Under the pieces are notes generated by a model, which did no database searches, was not told where the DNA came from, and was given only the letters and a program-made list of their open reading frames with translations. Below, in pieces: positions 31,098-39,896 of a stretch of DNA of 59,598 nucleotides. Source of the DNA: Acidiferrobacterales bacterium (GTDB lineage Bacteria; Pseudomonadota; Gammaproteobacteria; Acidiferrobacterales; DATGVQ01); NCBI GenBank assembly GCA_035300145.1, contig DATGVQ010000015.1:1-59598 (forward strand). The letters are read 5' to 3'. The position numbers and the translations under genes were made by a program. The first letter of the stretch is position 1; each line of letters opens with the position of its first letter.

Positions 31098-32234
31098 TCA
31101 CCTCGCAAGGTTTTTAGATGGGTCTTTAGCGAACTCAAACGAATCGAAATAGAGATTTTCCGGCAATAGGCGATGCTGTGTGAACAAAGCTTTACCGGCT
31201 TCGATCATAGGCGGTGGCCCGCTGGCATAAATCTCATACCGGCTCAAATCCGGATAATCCCGCGCTACCGCCTCATGCACCCATCCTGTTCGTCCGGGCC
31301 ATTGATCTTCAGGCAGGGGCTCGGACAGCACCGGCGTATAGTGAAAATTAGGATAACTGCGCTCCCACGATAATGCCAACTCATGCAAATACAAGTCGCG
31401 CCGGGCGCGTACGCCCCAGAATAAATGCAGCGGAAGGGTTACGCCGGTGTGAAAAGCATGCTCGAGTATTCCCTTAATCGGCGCGAAGCCGGTGCCGCCC
31501 GCCATCAGGATAATAGGGCATTCGGGCGCCGCTCCCGGCATCCCTGCGCCCGCGACGCACAGGGATGTGCAAGTGTCGCGGGAGGCAGGATGCCGGAAGC
31601 GACCGGCATTAGTACTTCCCTGTACGTCATTTTCGCGCAGAAAGAATGTCCCCAACGGCCCCTCGAAACGCAGCAGCGCCTTTTCTTGCATTTGGGTAAA
31701 AACATGATCGGAGAAATGGCCGCCAGGGACATGGCGGATGTGAATTTGTAAAAACGCGTCATCATGTGGCGCGTTGGCAATAGAAAAACTGCGCCGGCGG
31801 CCGTCGCGCAACAAAATATCGATATACTGCCCGGCCAGAAATTGCAGGCGCTCTTGCTGCGGCAGTTTCAGATACAAAACCATGACATCGTGCGCCAGTT
31901 TCTCCAGCTTAACGACCCGGCAAGGCAAGATTTTAATCGCAATATCTTTTGCCGCCTCGATTTCACGCGCCTGGATCATCACGTCTTCCAACGGCACCGC
32001 CTGGCAGAACAAGGCCTTGCCTTGCGCCTTCTCCTCCGCGCTCAACGCCTTGGCCTCATAGTCGCCGTAATCCACCCTGCCGGACAATACCGTGCCTTTA
32101 CAACTACCACAGCGACCGTCGCGGCAACTGTAGGGCAGGCGCAAGCCTTCGCGCAGCGCCGCGGCGAGGATGGTCTCGCCGTCTTGGGTGTGGAACTCAT
32201 GACCGCTAGATTCGATATGGACTTTAAAACTCAT
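31098..32234 (-). CDS. 2Fe-2S ferredoxin fused to an FAD/NAD(P)-binding reductase (AscD/Fre-like), carrying a 37-codon repeat-derived insertion
   Basis: It has CRDGRCGSCKG...C (2Fe-2S), RRSFSIAN (FAD) and GGTGFAP (NAD). See the findings for the insertion. Confidence 0.85.
   Translation of the reverse strand: MSFKVHIESSGHEFHTQDGETILAAALREGLRLPYSCRDGRCGSCKGTVLSGRVDYGDYEAKALSAEEKAQGKALFCQAVPLEDVMIQAREIEAAKDIAIKILPCRVVKLEKLAHDVMVLYLKLPQQERLQFLAGQYIDILLRDGRRRSFSIANAPHDDAFLQIHIRHVPGGHFSDHVFTQMQEKALLRFEGPLGTFFLRENDVQGSTNAGRFRHPASRDTCTSLCVAGAGMPGAAPECPIILMAGGTGFAPIKGILEHAFHTGVTLPLHLFWGVRARRDLYLHELALSWERSYPNFHYTPVLSEPLPEDQWPGRTGWVHEAVARDYPDLSRYEIYASGPPPMIEAGKALFTQHRLLPENLYFDSFEFAKDPSKNLAR
31518..31628. 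repeat. palindromic repeat unit inserted in frame in the reductase gene
   Basis: Inverted termini GACGCACAGGGA (31554-31565) and TCCCTGTACGTC (31617-31628). An inner hairpin pairs CATCCCTG with CAGGGATG. It is homologous to the intergenic copies at 29.9 kb and 57.6 kb. Confidence 0.75.
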
Positions 32235-32280
32235 GCTAGCTCATAGTGGTTAGTATTGAGAGCCGCTATTGTCCCCGAAT

Positions 32281-32565
32281 TTGCGCCAGATAACAAAAAC
32301 GCTTTGCTTGGGGACCTGTATCTGCGTCGAACACTCATAGGCGTCATGCCAAGAGTCAGACCTAGATTTCATGGCGATCAAACCACGGATTGAGAACACC
32401 TGGGAGGAAACAGTTCGGCTCCGCGAGGCCGTGGGTCGCGTCGGAACGGGTGTCGATATTCTGGTGTACTCGGAGCAGGAAGTGGAGCGGCGCGGTCAAG
32501 TCCCCGGCAGGGTCATTTATTGGGCGTTAAGGAAAGGCAAGGTGGTGTATGAAGCCCCACATTGA
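32281..32565 (+). pseudogene. MNT-type nucleotidyltransferase (antitoxin-like) with an in-frame TAG
   Basis: The frame reads ...LCLGTCICVEHS*ASCQESDLDFMAIKP...VDILVYSEQEVERRG...ALRKGKVVYE. The SDLDF and VDILV motifs fit a minimal nucleotidyltransferase. The GSxxRG region is degenerate and is interrupted by a stop at 32338-32340. Confidence 0.4.
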
Positions 32566-32760
32566 AGAGGCTACGTTTTTTGAAAATGGGCCACTGTCAT
32601 ACATGCTTGGGCCGGCGATACTGTCGAACATCAGAGGCGCGAGTAACCGTGCACATCCTCCACCTCGTCATCGCTCCTTTCCCTTTTTGGGGAACGAATC
32701 GAAGACATCAAAGATATTCGGGCAACGCATGCGGTCACCGCGAAACCAGCTTAACCCTCG

Positions 32761-33336
32761 CTAAATCCACGAAACGTGGTGCACGGTTTCCCAGATTTTT
32801 ATCGCGTCACCCGTGCGCTGATGTTGCATCGCCGTTAAAGCAGCTTGATTGCATTCTTCGGCAGTGCCGCATTCAATCCCATCCACGCGATAAATGTCTT
32901 TGCTTACCGTTTTGGCATAACTGCTTCCTTGCCATTCGAAGTAGCTATAGGCAATGCGCGTATCGGAAATTTCTTTTTTCATTTGCACATCAGGGTAGAG
33001 ATGGGCACCTTTGACCAGCCGATACCTGCCATCCAGGCTGAGCAATGTGGCCGTCTGCTGTCCGATTTTCTCCACCAGCCAGCTATTGCAATTGTTAGTG
33101 TCTTCGCAAGAGTTGGTGACCACTAAAAAAAGACTGCCATCGGGTGTCTTGCCCAGCCAATGCACCATATATTCCTGCTCGACATGACAGACTTCGCGGT
33201 TATAGCAATCATTAGTAATGTTCGCCGGCAATTCCGTTGCGCTTAGCATGGGATGGGCAGTTTCACCGACTCCGGTCCATGCAAGCGCCGCTACTGCAAG
33301 TGCCATAGTCAAGTAGGAAGGACGTATGCTTCTCAT
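32761..33336 (-). CDS. secreted hypothetical protein
   Basis: The track ORF runs to 33453. The likely start is MRSIRPSYLTMALAVAALAWTG (signal peptide) at 33336, behind GGAGAG. The protein is Cys-rich. Confidence 0.55.
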   Translation of the reverse strand: MRSIRPSYLTMALAVAALAWTGVGETAHPMLSATELPANITNDCYNREVCHVEQEYMVHWLGKTPDGSLFLVVTNSCEDTNNCNSWLVEKIGQQTATLLSLDGRYRLVKGAHLYPDVQMKKEISDTRIAYSYFEWQGSSYAKTVSKDIYRVDGIECGTAEECNQAALTAMQHQRTGDAIKIWETVHHVSWI

Positions 33337-33601
33337 AAAGTCTCTCCTATAATTGACGATTTGACTAAGAGTAGTGCATATAGCGTGCCAGTTATAATTA
33401 ATGTTTAAGTACAATGACTTACCGAACTTATCGGTCGGGTAGCCGCCTGTCATAACGAATGGCGGAATCGTTGTGGTGGGGGCAACTTAACGTTGAAAAA
33501 AATTTTCAGCGAGTTTAATCCACGAAAGCGGCCCCAAGCTTAGAGAGAATAATTTTCCAGAGCATTGACAAACTCCGCGTCACTGCCTTTAATGGCGCCC
33601 C

Positions 33602-34600
33602 ATGTTAGAAAACGCCCCTGCATTAGTCGAAGTCCACTCCCTCTCACGGAACTACGGCCAACTCCAAGCCATTAAGGATATTAATTTCAGCATTCAAAAG
33701 GGAGAAGTATTGGGTTTCCTCGGACCGAACGGGGCCGGCAAAACCACAACCATGCAAATCATCAGCGGCAACCTGGCGCCGAGCAGCGGCCGCGTCATCA
33801 TTGTCGGCCACGACCTGCGCGAGGAGCCGCGCGCGGCCAAGGCCTGCATCGGCTATCTGCCGGAGCATCCGCCGGTTCATCGTGAGTTAACTGTCGATGA
33901 ATACCTGGACTTCTGCGCGGCATTAAGACGTATCCCACGTCAGGAGCGCAAAGCCGCGCGCGAGGCGGCAAAAGAAAAATGCGGCTTGCAAGACACCGGG
34001 GGGCGTTTAATCGGCAACCTTTCCAAAGGTTTCCAGCAGCGGGTGGGGCTGGCGCAGAGTATTATTCACCTGCCGCCGCTGCTCATCCTCGATGAGCCGA
34101 CGATTGGGCTCGACCCGATCCAGATCCGCGAAATACGCGGTTTAATTCGTGAGCTCGGCAAAGACCATGGCGTGATTCTTTCCACGCATATCCTGCCGGA
34201 GGTACAGGCCAGTTGTGATCGGGTCCAAATCATCAGCAAAGGCGCGCTGGTGTTTAACGACACGATCGACAATTTATCCCGACACTTACAATCAAGCACT
34301 TTGCTGGTCGCCTTCCGGCAGGCGCCGGAAACAGCATTGCTGGAAAAATTGCCCGGCGTGAAATCGGTAAAATTCGAGGAAATGACCCGCGGTTCAACCG
34401 GGTCGCGCGTACGCATCTTCCACGAACTCGGTCTTGACCCTACCGACCAGGTAGTCAAACTCGCGGCCGAAAAAAACTGGGGATTGTACGAAATCAACCC
34501 GGAGCGGGCCTCGTTAGAGCAGGTGTTTGTTGAACTAACCACCAATCAACCAACAGCAGACACTTCCGGCAATACCGTCCAGGGAGCCGCTACGTTATGA
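33602..34600 (+). CDS. ABC transporter ATP-binding protein (ABC-2/GldA-like)
   Basis: Walker A GPNGAGKTT, signature LSKGFQQR, Walker B LLILDEP. Confidence 0.9.
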   Translation: MLENAPALVEVHSLSRNYGQLQAIKDINFSIQKGEVLGFLGPNGAGKTTTMQIISGNLAPSSGRVIIVGHDLREEPRAAKACIGYLPEHPPVHRELTVDEYLDFCAALRRIPRQERKAAREAAKEKCGLQDTGGRLIGNLSKGFQQRVGLAQSIIHLPPLLILDEPTIGLDPIQIREIRGLIRELGKDHGVILSTHILPEVQASCDRVQIISKGALVFNDTIDNLSRHLQSSTLLVAFRQAPETALLEKLPGVKSVKFEEMTRGSTGSRVRIFHELGLDPTDQVVKLAAEKNWGLYEINPERASLEQVFVELTTNQPTADTSGNTVQGAATL

Positions 34601-35346
34601 TTTTTACTATTGCCCTGCGGGAGTTGCGCAGTTTGTTCCTCTCGCCGCTCGCATGGGTGATCCTCGCCGTGGTGCAATTGATCCTGGCATTCTTATTCCT
34701 AAGCCATGTGGATTTATTCCTCAGTGTGCAGTCTCGTCTTCTTGGTATGGAAGGCGCCGGCGGCCTTACCGACTTTGTCGTTGCTCCCTTGTTGGGAAAT
34801 ACCGCGATCGTGCTGTTGCTGGTTGTACCCCTGATTACCATGCGTCTGGTCGCGGAAGAACGGCGCAACCGCACCTTAAGCCTGCTGTTCAGCGCGCCGG
34901 TGTCGATGACCGAAATCATCTTGGGAAAATACTTAGGCGTCGTGTTATTTCTGTTAGTTGTCATCGGCATGGTGGTTTTAATGCCGCTTTCGTTGCTGAC
35001 AGGAGGCGGGCTGGATCTCGGCATGTTCGCTTCCGGCGTGTTGGGGCTCACGCTATTACTGGCCGGCTTTGCCGCCGTCGGTTTATTTATGTCTACCCTC
35101 AGCCAATATCCCACCATCGCGGGCATCACCACGTTCGGTGTTCTGTTTTTATTTTGGGTATTGGACTGGTCCGGCGAAGGGCTTGCCAGCAAGGAGGTGC
35201 TCGCCTACTTGTCGCTACTGAATCACTATGAGCCGTTTTTGCGCGGCGTTTTTGATAGCGCCGACGCGGTCTATTACCTGCTCTTTATCACGGTCTTTTT
35301 GGTGCTAAGCGTGCGGCGCCTGGATGCCGACCGGCTGGGGGGTTAA
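34597..35346 (+). CDS. ABC-2 type permease
   Basis: 249 aa, 6 TM, translationally coupled to the ATPase (4-nt overlap). Confidence 0.85.
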   Translation: MIFTIALRELRSLFLSPLAWVILAVVQLILAFLFLSHVDLFLSVQSRLLGMEGAGGLTDFVVAPLLGNTAIVLLLVVPLITMRLVAEERRNRTLSLLFSAPVSMTEIILGKYLGVVLFLLVVIGMVVLMPLSLLTGGGLDLGMFASGVLGLTLLLAGFAAVGLFMSTLSQYPTIAGITTFGVLFLFWVLDWSGEGLASKEVLAYLSLLNHYEPFLRGVFDSADAVYYLLFITVFLVLSVRRLDADRLGG

Positions 35347-36708
35347 GTGAACTCTCTCTCCCAGTCCCGCTTGCAATTACGCCTGGCCAATATCAGTTTC
35401 GTGCTTTTATTTCTCGTCGTGGTCGGCCTTTTGATGTGGCTCTCCCGCGCTTATCACGTTCAATTCGACTGGACGAAAAACGCGCGTAACAGCCTTTCGC
35501 CGGCGAGTGCCGCCTTGGTCAAAAAACTCGACCGGCCGTTGAAAATCACCGCCTTTGCCGGTGAGCGCGGCGGCGCCCGCAAAGGCATCAGCGCCCTGAT
35601 CGACCGCTATCAAAAATACAAACCCGATCTAAAGCTCGAGTTCGTTGACCCGGATACCGAACCGACGCGCGTGCGGGACGCGGGCATTCAATTCGACGGC
35701 GAATTGCTGGTCGAGTATGGCGCAAACAAGGAAAACATCAACCAACTGCGGGAAGAAAATATTACTAATGCTCTAGCGCGTCTGGCGCGGGTGAATGAGC
35801 GTTGGATCGTGTTCTTGTCGGGACACGGCGAGCGCAGCCCGGACCGCCAGGCCAATTTCGATCTTTCCATCTGGGCGGGACAACTGCAAAAACGCGGCCT
35901 CAAGACGCGCAGCTTGCTCCTGAGTGAGAGCGGCCAGATTCCGCAAAATACCTCGGTATTGGTGATCGCCGGCCCACGCAGCAAATTGTTGCCGGGGGAA
36001 GTAAAACAAATCGAAAATTATGTTACGCGCGGCGGCAATCTGTTATGGCTCAGCGATCCCGGCCCGCTGCGCGGACTCGAGCCGATAGCGGAAACGCTGG
36101 GCATTGAATTTCAGCCCGGGATTATTGTCGATCCGGCCTCGCAGATTTTGACCGGGAATAAGCCGACCTTCCTCGTCATCGCCAAATACGGCCCGCACCC
36201 GGTGGTACGCGACCTGAATCTGCTCACGCTATTCCCCAATGCCGCCGGCATCAAGGCCAATCCCCCTCCTCCGGCCGCCGGCGGGGAGAGTTGGCGCAGC
36301 GATATACTGCTCGACACCAATCCAAGCGCCTGGGCGGAAACCGGGCCTTTAACCGGCGACATTAAATTCGATAAAGGCCAAGATACCCGCGGGCCGCTTA
36401 ATCTCGGCGTCACCCTGACGCGCGAATACGAAAAACGCCAACAGCGGGTGGCAGTCTTAGGCGGCGGAGATTTTCTTTCCAATGCCTTTCTGGGCAATGG
36501 CGGCAACCTTGACTTGGGCATGAACCTCATTAATTGGACCGCCAGTGACGACGCCCAAATCAACATTCCGGCGCGCACCGCGCCTGATCTAAATCTCAAT
36601 TTATCTCCTACCGCCCAGATCGCTATCGCTGCCGGCTTCCTGTTCATCGTGCCATTATTTTTAATCGGCAACGGGATATTTATCTGGTGGCGACGCCGGA
36701 GGCGTTGA
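35347..36708 (+). CDS. GldG-like ABC-transporter auxiliary protein
   Basis: 453 aa, GTG start, N- and C-terminal TM anchors. It sits in the conserved ABC/ABC-2/GldG arrangement. Confidence 0.7.
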   Translation: MNSLSQSRLQLRLANISFVLLFLVVVGLLMWLSRAYHVQFDWTKNARNSLSPASAALVKKLDRPLKITAFAGERGGARKGISALIDRYQKYKPDLKLEFVDPDTEPTRVRDAGIQFDGELLVEYGANKENINQLREENITNALARLARVNERWIVFLSGHGERSPDRQANFDLSIWAGQLQKRGLKTRSLLLSESGQIPQNTSVLVIAGPRSKLLPGEVKQIENYVTRGGNLLWLSDPGPLRGLEPIAETLGIEFQPGIIVDPASQILTGNKPTFLVIAKYGPHPVVRDLNLLTLFPNAAGIKANPPPPAAGGESWRSDILLDTNPSAWAETGPLTGDIKFDKGQDTRGPLNLGVTLTREYEKRQQRVAVLGGGDFLSNAFLGNGGNLDLGMNLINWTASDDAQINIPARTAPDLNLNLSPTAQIAIAAGFLFIVPLFLIGNGIFIWWRRRRR

Positions 36709-37599
36709 ATGCAGCGCGTGGACGGGTCCAGAAAGCGTTGGCTGTTGAATTTAGGCTTAGCCCTATTCATTATCGCCTTGGCACTGCTAGTGAAATATCA
36801 ACCCGGTGTTCGCGAAACCCAGGAAAGCCCGCCGCTCACCAATCTTGCCGCCGATCAAATTGAGCGCATCCGCATCGCTCGCCTCGGGCAACCGGAAATT
36901 ATCCTGGCGAAAATGGGCCAGGACTGGCGATTGGTTGCGCCGTTGCAGGCGCGCGCCGACCGCTTCCGGATTGACGGCTTATTGCACCTGGCGGGAGCAA
37001 CAACCGAAGGCAGTTTTCCGGCGCCGGCTGGCGATCTCGCCAAATACGGCCTGGATAAGCCGGCAGCAAAAGTATGGCTCGATAATACCGAGATCATCTT
37101 CGGCGGCACCCATTCGCTGAATGACCTGCAATACGTGTTATACAACGGTCAGATACATCTCATCTCCAACGCGAGCTTCCGTTCAATCCCAGCCGAACTG
37201 ACCGGATTTTTCAGCAGTCGGCTGCTTGACGAAAAATATAAATTGATCGGCCTGAAGCTGCCGAAATTCAGCCTCACTCTGAAAGACGGCAGCTGGAAGG
37301 TCGAGCCGGAAAATAAAGCCTTATCCAGCGATAGAATTAATAGTTTCGTTGATGAATGGCGCTATGCGCGGGCGTTGAACGTCAAACAATACAGCGGCAA
37401 ACCCGTGTTGAGCCACATCCGCATCAGTTTCCTGGAAGAACAGCCCGCAACGACGACTACCGCCCAGGCGCCGAAAAATCTTGACCTCGGCATTTTGGCG
37501 TATAACCCGGAGTTGGTGCTTTACCGCAAAGATGAAGCGCTTGAATATCATTTCCCGCAGGAAGCCGGGGAGCGCCTGCTGAATCTTACCCCGGAGTAA
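36709..37599 (+). CDS. DUF4340-like protein
   Basis: 296 aa, N-terminal TM, immediately after the GldG-like gene. The family is recalled from context. Confidence 0.6.
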   Translation: MQRVDGSRKRWLLNLGLALFIIALALLVKYQPGVRETQESPPLTNLAADQIERIRIARLGQPEIILAKMGQDWRLVAPLQARADRFRIDGLLHLAGATTEGSFPAPAGDLAKYGLDKPAAKVWLDNTEIIFGGTHSLNDLQYVLYNGQIHLISNASFRSIPAELTGFFSSRLLDEKYKLIGLKLPKFSLTLKDGSWKVEPENKALSSDRINSFVDEWRYARALNVKQYSGKPVLSHIRISFLEEQPATTTTAQAPKNLDLGILAYNPELVLYRKDEALEYHFPQEAGERLLNLTPE

Positions 37600-38411
37600 T
37601 GCCTGAACTCCCCGAAGTCGAAACCACGCGGCGCGGCCTTGAGCTGTTTCTTGTCGGCCAAACCGTGCGCACCGTCGTTGTGCGTGAATCGCGTCTGCGC
37701 TGGCCCATCCCCTCGGCCTTGCTGCGAGAGCTTCCCGGTCAAGCCATTCAATCCGTTACTCGGCGCGGCAAATATCTTTTACTGCAGGCAGCTGCCGGCA
37801 GCGTCATCCTGCATCTCGGCATGTCCGGCAGTTTACGCATCGTTGCCGAAACGATCGCGCCGGAAAAATTCGATCATGTCGACATCGTATTCAACAGCGG
37901 TGATTGCCTGCGCCTGCGTGACCCGCGCCGCTTCGGCGCGCTGTTATGGACCGCCGACCCGGCGCAGCATAAGCTGCTTGTACACCTCGGGCCGGAGCCT
38001 TTGGGAGATAATTTTAACGGGGACTATCTTTACCGCAAATCGCGCGCGCGAACGCGCGCGATTAAAGATTTCCTGATGGACAGCCGCATCATCGCCGGCA
38101 TCGGCAATATCTACGCCAATGAGTCGTTGTTTCTTGCCGGCATCGACCCGCGGCGCGCGGCGGGAAAAATCAGCCGCGCGCGTTACGAAAACTTAAGCCA
38201 AGCAGTGCGTACGATCCTGGAGCAAGCCATTCAGGCAGGCGGCACTACCTTGCGTGATTTCCGCGGCAGCGACGGCAGGCCGGGCTATTTCCAGCAAACC
38301 CTGGCGGTGTATGGACGACGGGATTTACCCTGCCGCAACTGCGGCAGACCAATCCGATCACAAACCCTCGGCAGCCGCTCGACCTTCTTCTGCCGGTATT
38401 GCCAGTCTTAA
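37599..38411 (+). CDS. mutM: formamidopyrimidine-DNA glycosylase
   Basis: It starts MPELPEVETTRRGL and has a C-terminal zinc finger CRNCGRPI...FFCRYCQ. Confidence 0.95.
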   Translation: MPELPEVETTRRGLELFLVGQTVRTVVVRESRLRWPIPSALLRELPGQAIQSVTRRGKYLLLQAAAGSVILHLGMSGSLRIVAETIAPEKFDHVDIVFNSGDCLRLRDPRRFGALLWTADPAQHKLLVHLGPEPLGDNFNGDYLYRKSRARTRAIKDFLMDSRIIAGIGNIYANESLFLAGIDPRRAAGKISRARYENLSQAVRTILEQAIQAGGTTLRDFRGSDGRPGYFQQTLAVYGRRDLPCRNCGRPIRSQTLGSRSTFFCRYCQS

Positions 38412-38444
38412 ATAATCGAAGGTATCTACTTTTTCCGGGGAGGT

Positions 38445-38726
38445 TCAGCGCCCGCTTGAGCGCCGAGTAAGCCGCGAAACTTCCGGCAGTTCTTCCCTGA
38501 TTACTCGACGCAGCACGGACTCCGTCACCAACTCCTTCCCGTCCCTGGCCAGATAAGCCTTAAGCGCTTCATTCATCATGGTCTGATAACCGGTCCCTGC
38601 CTTTTGCGCGCGCGTGCGGAATTCCTCAAGAATCGCGTTATCTATGTAAATAGTGATGCGGGTTTTGCCCTTTGTGGACATAAGCGCACCACGTTTGCCC
38701 TTGGAGAAATCGTATTCAGCTCTCAT
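38445..38726 (-). CDS. brnA: BrnA-type antitoxin (CopG/RHH-like)
   Basis: 93 aa with MRAEYDFSKGKRG...ITIYIDNAILEEFR. Confidence 0.75.
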   Translation of the reverse strand: MRAEYDFSKGKRGALMSTKGKTRITIYIDNAILEEFRTRAQKAGTGYQTMMNEALKAYLARDGKELVTESVLRRVIREELPEVSRLTRRSSGR

Positions 38727-38972
38727 AATCTTTTACCTCTCGACGTGTAGCGCGGCGAGCCGAAATTATCCGGATTTCATCACCGCGAAGCGTGTAGACC
38801 ACGACCAGAATTTTTCCAGCGCTCCCCATCCCAACAGCGACGAATCTTCGGGGTCCGGGTCTTCCCGATGTATCGCGAGCGGATCGAAAAACACACCTTC
38901 CGCGTCCGCAAACGACACACCGTGCTTCTTGAGATTGGTCGCAGCCTTCCTTGGATTAAATTGGAAGCGCAT
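38716..38972 (-). pseudogene. brnT: BrnT (DUF497) toxin gene with a frameshift
   Basis: Frame 0 reads MRFQFNPRKAATNLKKHGVSFADAEGVFFDPLAIHREDPDPED, then turns to nonsense. The -1 frame continues RFVAVGMGSAGKILVVVYTLRGDEIRIISARRATRREVKDYES*, with its stop overlapping the brnA start. Confidence 0.75.
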
Positions 38973-38977
38973 GGCCG

Positions 38978-39006
38978 AGTATATGCATAATATGCATATA
39001 TATCAA
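38978..39006 (-). promoter_or_regulatory. sigma70-type promoter of brnTA with twin palindromic operator-like sites
   Basis: The minus strand reads TTGATA-17 nt-TATACT-CGGCC-ATG. The spacer contains TATGCATA-T-TATGCATA. Confidence 0.55.
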
Positions 39007-39040
39007 GCGGAAGCAGCTTGGCGGCTGACGACCAAGCTAG

Positions 39041-39208
39041 CCGGCGCGCTGCTTTTGCGCGTCCGCGTTGAGCGCCCTGGCCTTCAAGTGGATCCGCATT
39101 CTCTATCGCTGCTGGCAGACCCGGACACCCTATGACGAATCCACTTACTTGAACGCACTGAAACGCCACGGTTCGTCGTTACTCAATTCGATCGTAGAGG
39201 TCGCCTAA
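39041..39208 (+). mobile_element. 3' remnant of an IS110/IS1111-family transposase gene
   Basis: The 56-codon open frame ends ...ALAFKWIRILYRCWQTRTPYDESTYLNALKRHGSSLLNSIVEVA*, a typical IS110-family C-terminus. Nothing of the N-terminal part is present. Confidence 0.6.
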
Positions 39209-39244
39209 AATACTTGACTGTCGACCTCAGGGCGTGGGTTAGGC
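39203..39244 (-). other. partial attC site (cores GCCTAAC ... TTAGGC)
   Basis: The minus strand has GCCTAAC 3 nt after the stop of 39248..39886. A matching TTAGGC lies 30 nt further on and abuts the IS remnant. Confidence 0.5.
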
Positions 39245-39247
39245 TCC

Positions 39248-39886
39248 TCACTCGACCTCCGGACCGCCTCGGCAGGATGCGGTCTTCTTGAAATAGTCTT
39301 CATCTACTGTGGGAGCAATCCAATTCGATTTGTGGACGACGGTGAGGGGGTAAAGATAGCCCCACGCTATCTGCCGGCCGTCAATATCGCCCCTTTTTGG
39401 AGCAACGTAACGAATACTGAACACTTCGTCTGCGTACCAAGCTCTTACTTTGAATTTCCCGTCCACAAGCCCCGTCCCATCTGGCTTAAAGACAATTGAG
39501 CCTGGTGGGCTATCACCAGCTTCGATGTGCATGCGTTTGATCGGCCAACAACGCTTGGCCGGCTTGAGATCGGAAAATCTCAAAAGGTTTTGCCGCTCGA
39601 TCCAGGCAATTTCGCCCTCAATAAAATAGAGACGTACCCACTGGGCGCCACTGAGATCAGTCGGATCAGCGCGGTACGAATTAATGTCGAAGAATCCGCG
39701 GGGGTACTTCCCCATGGGCAACGGCTCACGAGTAGACGGGCCTTTGTAGAATTGCGGATCCCATGTCTTTGGGTAAATGATGCAGGTGGTGTTTTCCTCC
39801 CTACATTCCCTCGGCGCCGTCTTCCAGGGCACTATTTTTGCGCCAAGCAAGAAAGGCAAGACCGCAAGCAGTATCAGTATTCGCAT
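39248..39886 (-). CDS. cassette-borne secreted hypothetical protein
   Basis: The likely start is MRILILLAVLPFLLGAKI (signal peptide) at 39886. The 11 extra codons in the track ORF would run into the intron. Confidence 0.6.
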   Translation of the reverse strand: MRILILLAVLPFLLGAKIVPWKTAPRECREENTTCIIYPKTWDPQFYKGPSTREPLPMGKYPRGFFDINSYRADPTDLSGAQWVRLYFIEGEIAWIERQNLLRFSDLKPAKRCWPIKRMHIEAGDSPPGSIVFKPDGTGLVDGKFKVRAWYADEVFSIRYVAPKRGDIDGRQIAWGYLYPLTVVHKSNWIAPTVDEDYFKKTASCRGGPEVE

Positions 39887-39896
39887 ATCGAGCCTA

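Noticed and set aside
38815-38830. The A5 run (GGAAAAATTC) as the site of the brnT frameshift
   Set aside because: Translating the -1 frame further upstream shows good BrnT sequence (RFVAVGMGSAGK) already before the A-run. The frame switch therefore lies nearer 38840-38852.
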